Positions 39,080-52,995 are shown, numbered from the stretch's first letter. The stretch: 64,000 nt of DNA from Mytilus edulis (GCF_963676685.1 NC_092348.1:86118001-86182000); one strand, 5' to 3'. Translations and numbers: made by a program. Notes: generated by a model not told the origin, from the sequence alone.

Positions 39080-40645
39080 GAATAATTTATGATCACTGCC
39101 AGCAACCCAAAAGAATTCTGGCGAAAGATCGGCAAAATCGGTGTGGGAAATGAACGTCAAAACAATTATATACCAATGGAAGTAAAATTAAGTGATGGTT
39201 CCTTATGTAACAATCAAAATGTAGTAATAGATACATGTTATTTTTGATGAATTTTTAGATAATGTAATTTCAAAAGATGAGGTTTATAAAGTTTTAAATT
39301 TATCTAAAAATGGCAAATCACCTGGGATAGATGATATTCAAGTTGAATTGTTTAAAATTAATACTGCTTTGAATGCATTGACACGTATTTTTAATATTTG
39401 TTATGATTTTGGTAAAATTCCATCTTTGTGGAGTAAGGGTATGATAACGCCAATTCCAAAGTTGTCCACCTCTGACCCACATGATCATATGTCATATAGG
39501 GGAATAACTTTAGACCCGTCATCATATAAACTTTATTGTGGAGTACTTAATGCTAGACTTACAAGTAAGCTTGATGATTTAGATTGTTTAAATATTGAAC
39601 AGAATGGTTTTAGAAAAGACCGTAGCACTATTGACCATTTGTATACATTAACAAGTATCATTGAAAGCAGAAAATTAAAAAAACTTTCTAATTTTTGTGC
39701 ATTTATAGACTTTCAAAAAGCCTATGACTGGGTTAATAGAGGCTTATTGTTCACCAAACTTGAGTCATTGGGTATAAGTTCGAAAATGTTAAAAGCATTA
39801 CATGCTATTTATAATAATGTTCAGTCATGTGTTAAAATAAATGGCCATATGACAGAATGGTTCAATGCAAAGTCAGGATTAAAGCAAGGGTGCATTTATC
39901 GCCTCTTTTGTTTATTATTTTTATTAACGATCTTATTGATGAGGTCAAGAGGTTAAATGTTGGCATAAAACTTGATGATGATATTGTTTCTGTACTTGTA
40001 TATGCAGATGACATTGTATTTATGTGTGATAATGAAAAAGATTTACAAAAAATATTAGACATTTTAAGTCAATGGTGTAACTAATTATCTTGTTGTAAAT
40101 GTAAACAAGTCAAAAATTGTTCATTTTAGACCCCAGTCAGTACAAAAAACACAATTTAAATTTATGTTTAATGATAATAGCATAGATATTGTAGAAAAAT
40201 ATACATATCTGGGACTAGTGTTAAATGAATATTTGAATTATATAGATATGGCAAAAGCTGTTGCTAAGTCTGCCAGTAGGGCATTAGGTTTGTTAATTGC
40301 CAAAAGTAAAGCTAATGGTGGTTTTGAGTTTTCAATTTTTACAAAACTTTTTGATACACTGGTTATGTCAGTTATTGAATATGGTGCCTCAATATGGGGA
40401 GCTAGGGAATTTACATGTATTAATGCAATTTAAAATAGAGCCATGAGATTTTTATGGGTGTTGGAAAATATACCCCAAATTTATCATTATATGGAGATAC
40501 GGGCTGGATTCCATGTATAATTAAACAATGGTCATGTATTTTTAGAAATTGGTCAAGATTTTTGAAAATGAATGATACCAGACTTAATAAAAAAGTGTTT
40601 TTATAGGCAAATAGAATATGTAACAGTAAAATTGAAAATAAAAAT
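39080..40645 (+). pseudogene. Decayed non-LTR (LINE, RTE-X/CR1-like) reverse transcriptase
   Basis: KSPGIDDI, PIPK, YRGITL, EQNGFR, FIDFQKAYD, GLKQGC/LSPLLF, YADD, YTYLG; broken by frameshifts and stops. Confidence 0.9.
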
Positions 40646-40952
40646 TCTGGACAAACTTTTGTTTTCGCCTGAGGCGAAAAACAATCTATTTTTTACGCGA
40701 CAAGTCGAAAACAATTTTTTTCTTTCAATTTTAGCATTACATATAGTGGCAGTTGAGAGTGAAACAAACAATTATTTTTCTCAGAATCGCCATGTGCGAG
40801 AAATGTTTGATAAAGAAAAAATAACACCAAACAGTGTCAGCATGCTTTCAAAACATGAACTGGAATATCTAGGAGTTACCATTCCAGCGCATATGATGAC
40901 ACTGGTTCTCACTTCTGCCGCCAACTATGCTCCTCACGACTATACATAAGTG

Positions 40953-41350
40953 AGGGATTTCGTCACCACAAATACTTAAAACCTTTACTTAGTTCTTCCA
41001 TAATAGATTTAAAGATTTATAGGTTTTAAAGTTTGGTTGTACCTTAAAACTTATTTCAAAGTTTAATTTCGGGATACATGAAGCACATCCTCATTTTTAC
41101 AGAAAATGTTGTTTATCGTGCCCGGAAATTGAGAAACGATCCTGGTAAAATTATTGATCATTTAAATAAACTCATTCTAAAAGGTTACCAATTCAGCACT
41201 GTAATTATATCATTGTATAATATTGTTTAATTGGCATTGATATTGTTTTTGTTATCAGTAATATTTTATAGCAAACTAAATATTATATTATATACATATA
41301 CACATTCATGGAACTACAATCAGTCGATACCTGTATTTTGGCATATCACA
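40953..41350 (+). mobile_element. Decayed 3' end of a second Penelope-like family (probable)
   Basis: Frameshifted GFRHHK..KTFT..FFH / HPHFY / RARKLRNDP..LNKLILKGY remnants resembling a PLE RT C-terminus. Confidence 0.45.
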
Positions 41351-43430
41351 AGGTCAGGACTTTTTATTGACGTCTATGCAATCTTGCAAAGTCAGTAAGT
41401 TATTCCGGACAAACATTTGTGAAAATGGTCATCTGGTTTACTTTTGTCTAGCTAGTTGAACAAAATGTAAATGTGAATGATTACCCAACGTCACTTCAAA
41501 CACAACACATGGCATAGTCGTGAAAGAAATGAAGAAGGTGCAAAAACATATGCAATATCATAATCAAAGACACACGTACAATGTGATGCTAAAATTTCAA
41601 ATATAGCTAAATTAATCTATTCCGTGGGTAAACAACTGTACTTTTTGGAAAGATTTGTTAACAGTTGATTTATAAGCAGTACTTATCAATGATGATGCAC
41701 GTCGACACATACGTGTTGACTAATGGGCTGGTGATACTCTCGGCGGAGGAGAGGGGGGCCTCAAACAGCAATGGATTGAGACAATGTTTGGAAATAAATT
41801 CTCGGTAAATACTAGGATACAAATTACTCATACGCGTTTAATTTGTTTAACTATATTTGGACTCTGCACTTCTTTTGAGACACCAATGAGTTGTTGATAT
41901 TATGATTATAACACGGTATTGTTGTCTTTCAGTGAGAGAGTTCCTTTTTAGCCTTACTATAGAAAAAAAACTTAATTAACACGTAATGTGTGAAATTCAA
42001 CACATGTTGTCGCCTATAATGATCAAAATTGATAAACATGTCGTAAGGTTCACTACCTAATGTGACTTTTTTCTGATCTGATTTATTTACACGCGCCTAG
42101 TCGGAACCTCTATACAAAATCGACTTAATGAGCTTTTTTTTTTTTTATCTTACAACAGCATTCTGTGAGCTTAAGACGTAACAATTGAAAAAAAAATAGG
42201 TTACCAAGAAAATCTAAAAAAATATTTTCAACTTACTAGTTGGCTGGGAGAATCCATAATTTATAAAAAAAAAAAAAAAAAAAATGGGTATGTCGCCAAT
42301 AAGTACCTAGAAAGAGGGAGAACATATTTGAAAAAATAATAAATTAGACAATTGAGTAGAAGTCTTTCGTATATAGTTCACGGCCGACACTCGGCTAACC
42401 GAGATATTGGTCGGTTAATCTATATTGAGTATGCGGCTATATGGGCGATTGGTCTGTTAATCGGGTTGGTTATACGTCTGTTAAGAGTAAAACGCTTAAT
42501 TTAATGTTAAATTCTATTAAATATACAGATTTTTGGCATGTTATAAGAACCAAATCAAAAAAAGAAAAGTGTCTGACAAAATGATATCTATCATAGAACA
42601 TTTTTCACTTGTAAAAACATTTATTAGTCTGCGCAAGTATGTAGTATTTATGCTTATACGCATAGCAATTTTTTTAATAAAAGGCGAAACAAACAAATTT
42701 AGATATCATTTAAAGGACAAAAAAAATAGTATTGTGGTTCTAAAAAATAAATTGACATTAGTAAATATTTCATTATTGTTAAATAACGTGAATAATACCA
42801 CGTTTTAGTGAAAATTATGGGAATAAAGTCTGTTAATGGGTTGGACAATTGAAATTGTGTCAGTTAAGAGTTATTTAGCCACGACAATAATTTTGCTACC
42901 TTTATATTTTCCCCTTGAAAAATTTAAGAATGAGATGTTCCTGAGTAAACAAAACTGACAATATGATGCCACAGTATCATAGAAAAAGCATTTTTATTTT
43001 GACTTTCTTTGCATTTTATTGAAGGGTGTGTCACTTCAATATAGCGTGATATAGATTGGCCTCTGGAATATGCATGAATTTTTTATTGACGTTTTCAATC
43101 AGCCTTAATTTTTGTGTCTGTTCGAAGTATCACGTTCTCAATTCCGACTGAAAGTGTCTTTCTAATACAAGTCAGGGTACATATAACGTGCTCTCGTTCA
43201 CATATGAACATGATATTTGTCACTGGACGTTAAACCCTAATTCGTCAGCATCATCCAATTGGTTCTTTTTTTCTATTACTTAATCATATTTTGTTTACAA
43301 ATAACTCTAAAGAAGTAAACGGAAAGGAGCGAATGCAGCTACATTTGGTTATTTTAAGTTTCTGATAATCAATTCATATTATTCCGTTTAGTTCCTTTGT
43401 ACATAAGTGCAGAGAAGAACTATAGTGGGT

Positions 43431-43665
43431 CTATGGTGGCCGGTGAAGTCCATTTCGCGTTTTCGCGATTTCGCCTTTCATATTCTATAGGGCGAAAACG
43501 CGAAATTGCGAAGTCGAAAACGCGAAAACGCGAAGTCGAAAACGAGAAATCGGTTTCGCGTTTTCACGTTTTCGACTTCGCAATTTCTCGTTTTCGCCAT
43601 ATAGATATGTAAGGCGAAAACGTTAAAGCGCTAAAACGCAAAATGGCATTAAACTGCCACCATAG
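43431..43665. mobile_element. Foldback MITE
   Basis: CTATGGTGGC...GCCACCATAG termini; internal inverted TTTTCGCG/CGCGAAAA motifs. Confidence 0.75.
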
Positions 43666-44013
43666 TTGTCCGCATGTAAACTTCTAGAATTTGTCACCAA
43701 ATCAAGTTTTTCTTTTAGTGGTCCAAAAGTGTGGAATTCACTGTCCAGTGAAATTAAAAAATCAAAAAGTATATCTGCATTCAAAAACTCTTACAAGTCA
43801 TTTTATTTTTAAAAATGTTGAATTTATAAGTTAAGCCACAATGTATACCATAGTTGTTTTTGTTGTTGTTGTTATATTACTTTATATACGTCTATTGTTT
43901 ACATGTGTGTAATAGTAGATTAATTATTTTTTATTCATATTGTTAACATTGTATGTAGAGAGCCTTATTGAAAATTTGTTTAATCCAAATGAGCTACTCT
44001 CTTTAAATAAAGA

Positions 44014-44054
<41 letters not shown>
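43666..44054 (+). mobile_element. LINE (L2/CR1-group) 3' end with (ATT)n tail
   Basis: KSSFSFSGPKVWNSLSSEIK..S...FK* RT C-terminal motif; AATAAA then (ATT)n at 44014-44054. Confidence 0.7.
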
Positions 44055-44057
<3 letters not shown>

Positions 44058-44150
44058 ATATAAGTACATCGCAATCCGTTACTGTTTCAACAGCCATCGG
44101 TGTTTCATGTGTATATTCTTAAACAAGTATTATTTTTCTCTCGTTTTTAA

Positions 44151-45134
44151 GCCTCGGTCACACCTTACCGGATAGCTCGAACGGACGCCTAACGGATAAC
44201 TTTTTTTCAATCCGTTCATGTCCGTTAGACGTCCGTTCTTATCCGTTAGACGTCCGTCCATATCCGTTGCATGTCCGTTAAGCGTACGTTTTATCCGTCG
44301 ACGTCCGTTCTGTCCGGTGGAAAAGTTTGAGCATGTTCAAAACTTTGAACGGACGTACAACAGATAAAATGTCCGTTGAACGTCCGTTAGACGTCCGTTT
44401 TGTACGGTATTCGTCCGTTTCGTTTCAGTTTTGTATTCGTTACGTGTCCGTTATACATCCGTTGGAGGTCTGGAAGATAAATTCACCAACGGACTTCTAC
44501 CGGACGTTTAACGGATAAAACGGATGTTGGACGGATGAGAAACGGACTTCTACCGGACGTATAACGGATAAAACGGATGAAGAACGGATCTAAAACGGAT
44601 AAATGCCAATTGAAAATTTCGCGTCAGAAATGCCAATTATTGGTTTGTCAGATTTCTTAAGGTTCATGAATTCTTATTATTCATAATGGATCTTAGAGTA
44701 TAGGCACGTCTTCACAATCAAGCAGTTCTTATTCAGGCCAGACACTTCCCTTTGGCGGAATTTTGAAGAACAAACCAAAACCAGTTACACAGAAACATTT
44801 TGAATATTTATGCGATTAACATGTATTATTACTGTCGCCTTTGATTTTTCCGTCAATCTTGTTCATCCGTTTTATCCGGTACGCTTCCGTTAGGTGTCCG
44901 TTTTATGCGGTACTCGTCCATTGGATGTACAATCGACATCCGTTCTGTCCGGTACGTTTTCGTTTCTCGTACGTTGCATATCCGGTGTGTGTCCGTTATG
45001 CATCCGTTACACGTCCGTTTTATTCGTTCAGTACATCAACGGACTCCCAACGGATAACAATTTTGTCAACGGACAACTTTTATTTTCATCCGTTAGGCGT
45101 CCGTTCGTGCTATCCGGTAAGGTGTGACCGAGGC
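44151..45134. mobile_element. Harbinger-like MITE with ~47-bp TIRs and internal (TCCGTT) repeats
   Basis: GCCTCGGTCACACCTTACCGGATAGC...GCTATCCGGTAAGGTGTGACCGAGGC, flanked by TAA/TTA. Confidence 0.85.
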
Positions 45135-48100
45135 TTAGCAATGTATCCCTCTCTACTGTCCTTATATATGATTCTATATTCTGCGTTTCCATCCAGATTC
45201 TCGTGTATACCATGAGGGTCCGGATTGGGGGTATTGTTTATTTCTGTTTTCTTTAAATTGTTATGTCATTTTTTTCTACATATATTTATCTTACTCATTA
45301 TTCTTTCTTTATTTTTTTATATTTTGTCATCTCAATATATTTTACTTACTGATGTTTAGTTACATTACGACGTCTATCTCTGATTTATATACTGGTTACC
45401 ATTTGTGTCATTTATGACAATTAAACAGAATCAACATGGTATATGCGATCATTCTTGGATGAAATTAATATTACTTTAATATTACACTTTTTGAAACCAT
45501 TTTTATCAATTTTCAATTTCATGTGTTTTTTTCCGTATATGTTATGTTTCGTTGCTCATGTGTTGTTTTCTTATATTTTAGCCGCTCGTCTTGAGCCTAC
45601 TCATTTGATCCGATAACACCCCATATAGCAATAAAATTATACTTTTATTGCCATTCATAACTCTTAACAGACCAATTAACAGACCGGGTTTTATACATCC
45701 GACCCATTAACAGACCAGGTTTTAAATAAAGATTGATTTATGTCACCAAAATACAGATTTTCCTGTAGATTTTTTACACAATGATATCAATATGGTTAAC
45801 AAACATAATGCCTTTCTTTTTTCGATATTCAAAATATTGAATGCAAGTTAATCTAACCAATGTGTCATGTTGTGTACATTTTATGTGTGTAAAATGTGTA
45901 TAAATTTATTGATGAGTAACCCGCCTTTTCGTTTTATAGATCGTACATCGAAGCTAGAAAAATAATAATTACACCACTGAATTCAGTACATTGAATTGTT
46001 TTGTTAGAAATGAATACTTTTTAGGATGAAAGTATATATATAAAGTTCTACAATGAAACATGCTGAACTTTCAATGCTATTCTCGATAACACCTGATTAA
46101 CAGACTTTAGCCAACCCGATTAACAGACCAACCGCCGATATAGCCGCATACTCAATATAGATTAACCGACCAATCTCTCGGTTAGCCAAGTGTCGGCCGT
46201 GTAGTTATATAGGTATAAAAAAAAATGTGTGTCCTATCGTGACATAATTGATTAACGAACCCGGTTTGGGATACGCTAACAGAGAAAGATTTATGATTAT
46301 ATTATCCTCATGGGTGTTTTTGTCTAATTATACAAAATATTGCAGTCATTGAATCTTCCAACTTTATCATACTAATTAATATTTGCTGTCGGCACAAGAT
46401 TGTTGACAACTGTACTGATGATTCTTTTAGAATACAAAACGTCCACCAGTTCTGACCTCGATCCAGTGATAATAATAAACCATCAAAGAAACCAGGGTCA
46501 TAACTACACAATAATTTCGGCATTCATACCACATCTTCTTTTTTTATATTATCTATACAAAACATGAAAAATCACTGAACAATAGGCTCCTGCCTAAAAA
46601 CCAATTTAATGACAATAACAACTTTTCCAAATTATTGAACCTGGGTTCCCTTTCTGTGGGGAATTTATTTCGCAATCCTTAATTTTCTGTAGTTACGATG
46701 TATGACATGTTATGTATCTTTTCCGTTTGGTCATCGCGTATAGTCTGGCTCATATTCATTTTACATTGAACCCATATAGTATCATTTTATTATTTTTCTA
46801 ATGCACATACAAAACCCAACGTGATCTGTCGACAGGAAGCAGAATTTCTATGAATTTTTAAAAACTAGTTATGTCACTGTGTACTAAAAATTGAAATGAA
46901 TCACTCTCGACGTTTTTAGATTGTGATATACTTCTACTTTCGTCACCAAAGGCTTTATGTTTAAATCATCATAGTTTGTTTCTTCATATGCGTCTTCTGA
47001 AAGTATATACAACTATTGTAATAGTGTTCCAGACCATATGAGTATTATGGTTATTTAAGATGTTGGTCAAGTAAACCATAAGTGATAGAGGACATAGGGT
47101 CTTTTAATTTGAGGTCCTTGGTCCAAAACAAAGAATATATGGTCAAGGCCAAAGGTCATGGTAATTTTTAAACTTTGATTTTGGCTTATTTTGAACTCTT
47201 TTCAAACACCATATAAAATATCGACAACATATTTTACTGAATTGTTAGTTGCGGCATGTCGTAACACATACATATCGGTTTAAAGGGTACGCTAACATTG
47301 AATTAGATTTGTATCCCCTCTTGTATTTACAAATACGCATATGGTGATATAATTCATTAACCAAATATAATTAGGACATAGGGTCTTTTAATTTGAGGTC
47401 TTTGGTTTGTGACTTTGAAATTGAGGTCGAGGTCGTAGGTTAATTGGACGTGATAGATTTTGACCTTTGCTTCAATTTCATATTTATACATCATAAAGCC
47501 AAATGACTCTGTGCTGTAGGTTACGAGTCATACGACTTCGGAAAAGCAAACCGGAAGTGACATTGTGTATACCAGAAGTCGCTATTTTTTGTTACTTATT
47601 TCACACAAAAATGTGTAGAAATCATATATTTTTGGAATCCGCTAAGAATTACCTATCATTTGACACTGGACATGACTCTTTAAACCGAATTTTGATATTG
47701 TTATATAAAAATAAATCGTAATTTAATGTTGAAAGACTTTCAATTGGTCTCTTAACAATTGCTTTTATAATTGCTATTTATCTTCCTTCAAAACGATAAT
47801 TCTTCTTTTATCCCAAATATACTTTTTAATAAGTATATATGCTACGACTAATCTGCATGTTTAAGTACAAATTACTGCTGTCATATAAACTTCTTAAAAG
47901 GCTAGAGTATGTATTATGTTGACTATTTGCCGGATACATAACATGTATCTCATGTATAGAAATGTTCTAACTTAACACGGTTGTAATAATAATATTTGCT
48001 TAGCTCAAAAGGTTTTAACACCTCATTGCCGTTTCCTAAATGCTTTGGTGCATAGATATAAACTTGAATAAACTAGATAACCATAGGCTTGAGCGATATT

Positions 48101-49313
48101 TTACCCTATTTTCCTAAGGCGTCATTCATAAAACAATAATTGCAGTCTTGTTACATGTGTAAATAAAGCGTCAGAAAAGAAACTCCCATCTAAAACGATA
48201 CAAAAACTATTCCCAAGTGCAGGTCTTGAATGGAAACTACTCTATTCATTTGTATTATCTGTAGTTGACATTTAGATAAAGACTTAATTTCGCTTCTCAG
48301 TGTGCGATACTAGTAACGTCTCGCATAGCGTCTGAACATAAACCATTGTTGGTTTGGGTTCATAAAGTAAACGAGGTTTCTTAATTCGTAATGGATAAGA
48401 TATAATTCATATGGTTTGTATTTGTTTTAAAAGCATTTAAAAAAGTAAACAAGCAGTTAATTATTTTAATCGCATACATTATTTTCATATTTAAACAGAC
48501 ATATATGAACATACCATATTTCTTGTGGTATTTTGCTGTCTTGTACTGAATAAAGAACCGTCCAGCGTGAAATATAACATTTCTATAAATTAACAAGAGA
48601 TATCTATAGAAAGTGTTTTTGAGTTTAAATTCGCATAATTAATGCATTATCGAATTCGAATGTTGGTACTTCAATATCTAAGTGATGGAATAAATATTAA
48701 ATATATAATCATGAATAATTATTTCTTTTAACATTTACGGATCATTTTGCATTGTAAAAGTTAACTTGTGTCCAAAGAATTTCGGGAAAAGGAAAGAAAA
48801 AAACAAAGATATTGTACTTCATTAACCACTTTGTTTTCTTTTCCTGCATACCTTCATTGCCCTCAATTTAAGTTGACGGCATTGATGATTTTATGTAAAC
48901 GGCAATAAACAAATCTAGAAACGCTCTGATTTCGCAGCTTTTGAAATATCATCATTTTACCATACCTCGAACCACAAATCGTAAACCTTTAGTTTGTATG
49001 AAATTTTAACTCCATATATATGGAATTTCACAATTTGTGATATACATGTAGTACTGTAATACAAGAGAGAGGTATAACTACCTCTAACTCCAGGTTTAAT
49101 CAACCATTTTTTACATAAGAAAAATGTATGTACAAAGTCAGAAAAATGACAGTTGTTGTCCATTCGTTTAATGTGTTTGAGCTTTTGAGTTTGCCATTTG
49201 CTTAGAAACTTTCCGTTTAGAATTTTCCTCGGAGTTCGGTACTTTTGTGATTTCACTTTTTGCATATAATGGTACCACCAATGTCGGAGAAGATAAAAAA
49301 AACTTTTGAACTG

Positions 49314-49503
49314 TACTGGAGTACGCTCCTCCACAGCAATGCTCTAGCGAGATACTGGATTACGCTCCTCAACAGCAATGCTCTAGAGCGGTACTGGAGT
49401 ACGCTCCTCCACACCAATACTCTAGCGCGATACTGGATTGCTTTCTTTCACAGCAATAATAATGCTCTAGAGCGGTACTGGATTACGCTCATCGACAGCA
49501 ATG
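49314..49503. repeat. 39-bp minisatellite x5
   Basis: TACTGGA.TACGCTCCTC.ACAGCAATGCTCTAG units. Confidence 0.88.
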
Positions 49504-49519
49504 ATTAAATGGACTCTAG

Positions 49520-49730
49520 CCAAATACAGAGCTGTATAAGTCTAGTTTCTCGTACACTGGACCAAAAGTATGGAATGCTCTTCCTAATTCAATTAGAAAA
49601 TCAAATACAGTATCGGAATTTAAACATAACTACAAATCTAAGTACTTTTAACATTACCATGATACATTACCATGATATTTTTACTGTAATGCCATAATTT
49701 TATCATAATTGTTTATTGTATTTTTAAGCA
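49520..49730 (+). mobile_element. LINE 3' fragment, same type
   Basis: KSSFSYTGPKVWNALPNSIRKSNTVSEFK motif. Confidence 0.65.
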
Positions 49731-50599
49731 GTTAAGCTGCTTTATGCGAGCACCCTAGATTTCTGTTCTAACCAATAAATGCTGAAATATGTGCCACTTT
49801 TATTATCTGGTTGGCTATCATGTTATTTATAACTAATTGGACACTTTTTTCATACTTTTTATTCTGGAATATAAAAAATATTACCATAAAAACCTTAAAT
49901 GATCGTCGAATCCCCCAAAAGTTTTGAAGTTGCACATAGGAAGTAGTGCTCGATAGAAATCCTTCTATAATTTATTATCCCCTGTGATGTTGGCTAAGAT
50001 GTCTAAGAACAATTGTATGAAATATTTGATCGCCAAAAAACTATAAAGATGAGTCTTTTACATTTCCCAAATGGCAAAAGTCGTAGGAATATTGTTTGTC
50101 ATCGATACGTATTACATACGTCAGTAGTCTATTAATCAGCTGATATAAGTTGGCGGCAATTTCAAATTACATACATTGTAGAAGACGAAATTTACGTACC
50201 TTTTAAATTGGGAGGATTCTGATGATACATAGGTTCATTATTATAAATCATTTCATTCGGTTTTTGTGTCTGAAATGATTGAGATTATTTAAATCATCTT
50301 AATTCAGTAATCTTAAATGTATGCTCATTAGTATTCTTGTTAATATTATTCCGTTATCTCGTAAATGACCTTCATGCTTGTCAAATAAAGTTGTTGTTAT
50401 TGTAATTTTCTCATTGGTCGATGTCAACAGGTCAAGGTCATTTCAAGATTGTTTCGCTTTGGTGTTACATGATGCTGCACGTGCTTTGATTTAGCTCAAT
50501 GTGCTTCAATTAATACTGAGATTAAAAATTTAAAACTGTTTTCTAAAGGACGACATTATTTAACTTCCAAAGTCGCATATTTTTGTAAAATATTAATAG

Positions 50600-50970
50600 A
50601 TGTAGGAAGATGTGGTGTGAGTGCCAATGAGACAACTCTCCATACAAATAACAATTTAAAAAGTAAACCATTATAGGTTAAAGTACGGCCTTCAACACGG
50701 AGCCTTGGCTCACACCGAACAACAAGCTATAAAGGGCCCCAAAATTACTAGTGTAAAACAATTCAAACGGGAAAACCAACGGTCTAATCTATATAAACAA
50801 AACGAGAAACGAGAAACACGTATATATTACATAAACAAACGACAACTACTGTACATCAGATTCCTGACTTAGGACAGGTGCAAACATTTGCAGCGGGATT
50901 AAACGTTTTAATGGATCCAAACCTTCTACTTTTTTCTGAAACAATAGAATAACATCACAACAAAGAAAAA
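50600..50970 (-). mobile_element. Non-coding interspersed repeat (twister-bearing family ending GTCTCATTGGCA..CACATCTT)
   Basis: Homologous copies or fragments at 20705-21100(-), 15760-16210(+), 30285-30535(+), 26050-26235(+), 23410-23645(+), 1445-1620(-). Confidence 0.75.
50856..50939 (-). ncRNA. Type-P5 twister-like motif (P2' mutated)
   Basis: Minus strand TCAGA-AAAA-AGTA-GAAGG...TAA-TCCC-GC-TGCAAATGTTTGCA-CCTG-TCCTAAGT-CAGG-AA-TCTGA; T1 covaries (CCT/AGG). Confidence 0.6.
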
Positions 50971-52113
50971 CATAAGTCCGAATCTGTGACGCGTATGACA
51001 CCGTAATTGTTTTTGATTTACAAGGACTTTTCGATTTCCGGTACAGAAAAATACAACTTTTTTCGATGTTTCTTTTTATTATTTTTCACATTTAAACACT
51101 CGTAAAGTGTTATTGAATCATTTCTATGCGGTTCCTTCAGCAACTTGATGCTGGTAAACGATTTCCTCATGAAAATGATACGAAAAGAAATCGCATGATA
51201 CGATAAAAAGGTAACGAGGCTCGAGAAACGTTCATGTTTTCAACAAGTTGAAGTTACAAACAAGTTTTTCTTAATTTCTACTATTACAGTTATTTAAAGT
51301 TTAAATAAATGTTTTTTTATTATGATATTAGTAATAGAAGACAGTTAAACCGTAATCAAGATATTTTAATTCAGTAATAATTTGAGACGTTAATAAAATT
51401 GAGAATGAAAATGGGGAATGTGTCAAAGAGACAATAACCTGATCTAATAGCAGACAACAGTCCAAGGTTACCAATGGATCTTCAATGCAGGGGAAAACTC
51501 CCGCACCCGGTTTGCTTTCGCTGGCCCCTTAACATAATAACAACAAGGTATACTATTTCAGTGATAATCATTGATAATGGACATCACACTAAAATCAGAA
51601 GTATACACAAGAAATTAAAATCCTAAAAAATGTACATAACAATTATGAAAAATAAATATGATATACAGCAACAATCACCACATTAGTGGGTCCTCACTAT
51701 GGACAGGTACATACAGTGTGGCGGCTCAAACGTCTTAACTGGCATAAAACTCTACCCTAACATGGGACAGTGTATGTGCATAATCTCAAACATTAAATCT
51801 TTATTAATATAAATTGGAAATAACTTTTGAAAATGGTAGGATTGCATAGCGTAAACATTACTGTACAAGCATTATTTGATACTTCAGAAATAGCTGAGAA
51901 CAATACCTGAGATAGATATTTTCACTAATTCTTTACACCATTCATCTGAACTTGGCCAAGTTTGCCTTTGGGTTTTTGATTAACTGCCTATAGCACCCTT
52001 GGTGCTTTGATTAAATTGTATTTAACCTCTATTTATCATTATTATTGAATATGTATTGTTCATTTTTAATATAATTATTATTGTATTAAGAGAGCATTAT
52101 TGAAAATTGGTGT

Positions 52114-52269
52114 NNNNNNNNNNNNNNNNNNNNNNNNNNNNNNNNNNNNNNNNNNNNNNNNNNNNNNNNNNNNNNNNNNNNNNNNNNNNNNNNNNNNNNN
52201 NNNNNNNNNNNNNNNNNNNNNNNNNNNNNNNNNNNNNNNNNNNNNNNNNNNNNNNNNNNNNNNNNNNNN
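52114..52269. other. Assembly gap (156 N)
   Basis: Run of N. Confidence 1.
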
Positions 52270-52469
52270 TCAAAAATGAGTATTTGTCATGTGGAGCAAG
52301 TGTTTCATTTTGTATTTTCTGTGGATACCAAACCAAACTCTGCACTTTCAATGTTAAAGAATTAAACAAACGAGTTTGGCCAGTTATTGCCTTTAGTAAC
52401 TATTTTAATGTTTAAAATTTGTAGCCCTTGTGGTGTGATGTCATTCGTGATTGAGTGTTGTCTTTAATG

Positions 52470-52995
52470 CCTGTGTGTTGTCACGATTTTTTGTGAGTGT
52501 ACAAATATTTTGTGTGTTGTCTCGGTGTTTGTGTGTTGTCACGATAGTTTGTGTGTTGTCATTATTTTTGTGTGTTGTCACGATTGTTAGTGTGTTGTCA
52601 TATTTTATTGTGTGTTGTCTTGGTGTTTGTCTGTTGTCACGATTGTTTGTGTGTTGTAATTATTTTTGTGTGTTGTCACGATTGTTTGTGTGTTGTCATA
52701 TTTTTGTGTGTGTTGTCTTGGTGTTTGTTTGTTGTCACGATTGTTTGTGTGTTGTCATTATTTTTGTGTGTTGTCACGATTGTTAGTGTGTTGTCATATT
52801 TTTGTGTGTGTTGTCTTGGAGTTTGTTTGTTGTCACGATTGTTTGTGTGTTGTCATTATTTTTGTGTGTTGTCACGATTGTTAGTGTGTTGTCATATTTT
52901 TTTGTGTGTTGTCTTGGTGTTTGTGTGTTGTCTTGGTGCTTGTGTGTTGTCATTTATTTTGTGTTGTTATAGGTGTTTGTGTGTTGTCATTAGTG
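52470..52995. repeat. GT-rich ~21-bp composite satellite
   Basis: TGTGTGTTGTCA-based units with higher-order periodicity. Confidence 0.88.

Larger units (their letters stand above)
42379..46201. mobile_element. Non-autonomous DNA transposon with CAC termini and 5-bp TSD (Transib/RAG-like signature)
   Basis: TAGTT|CACGGCCGACACT...AGTGTCGGCCGTG|TAGTT; ~105-bp TIRs; repeated TTAACAGAC motifs; three nested insertions. Confidence 0.8.

Noticed and set aside
49260-49508. 13-aa repeat ORF (ERYWSTLLHSNAL)
   Set aside because: A 39-bp minisatellite between two mobile fragments, with no gene context
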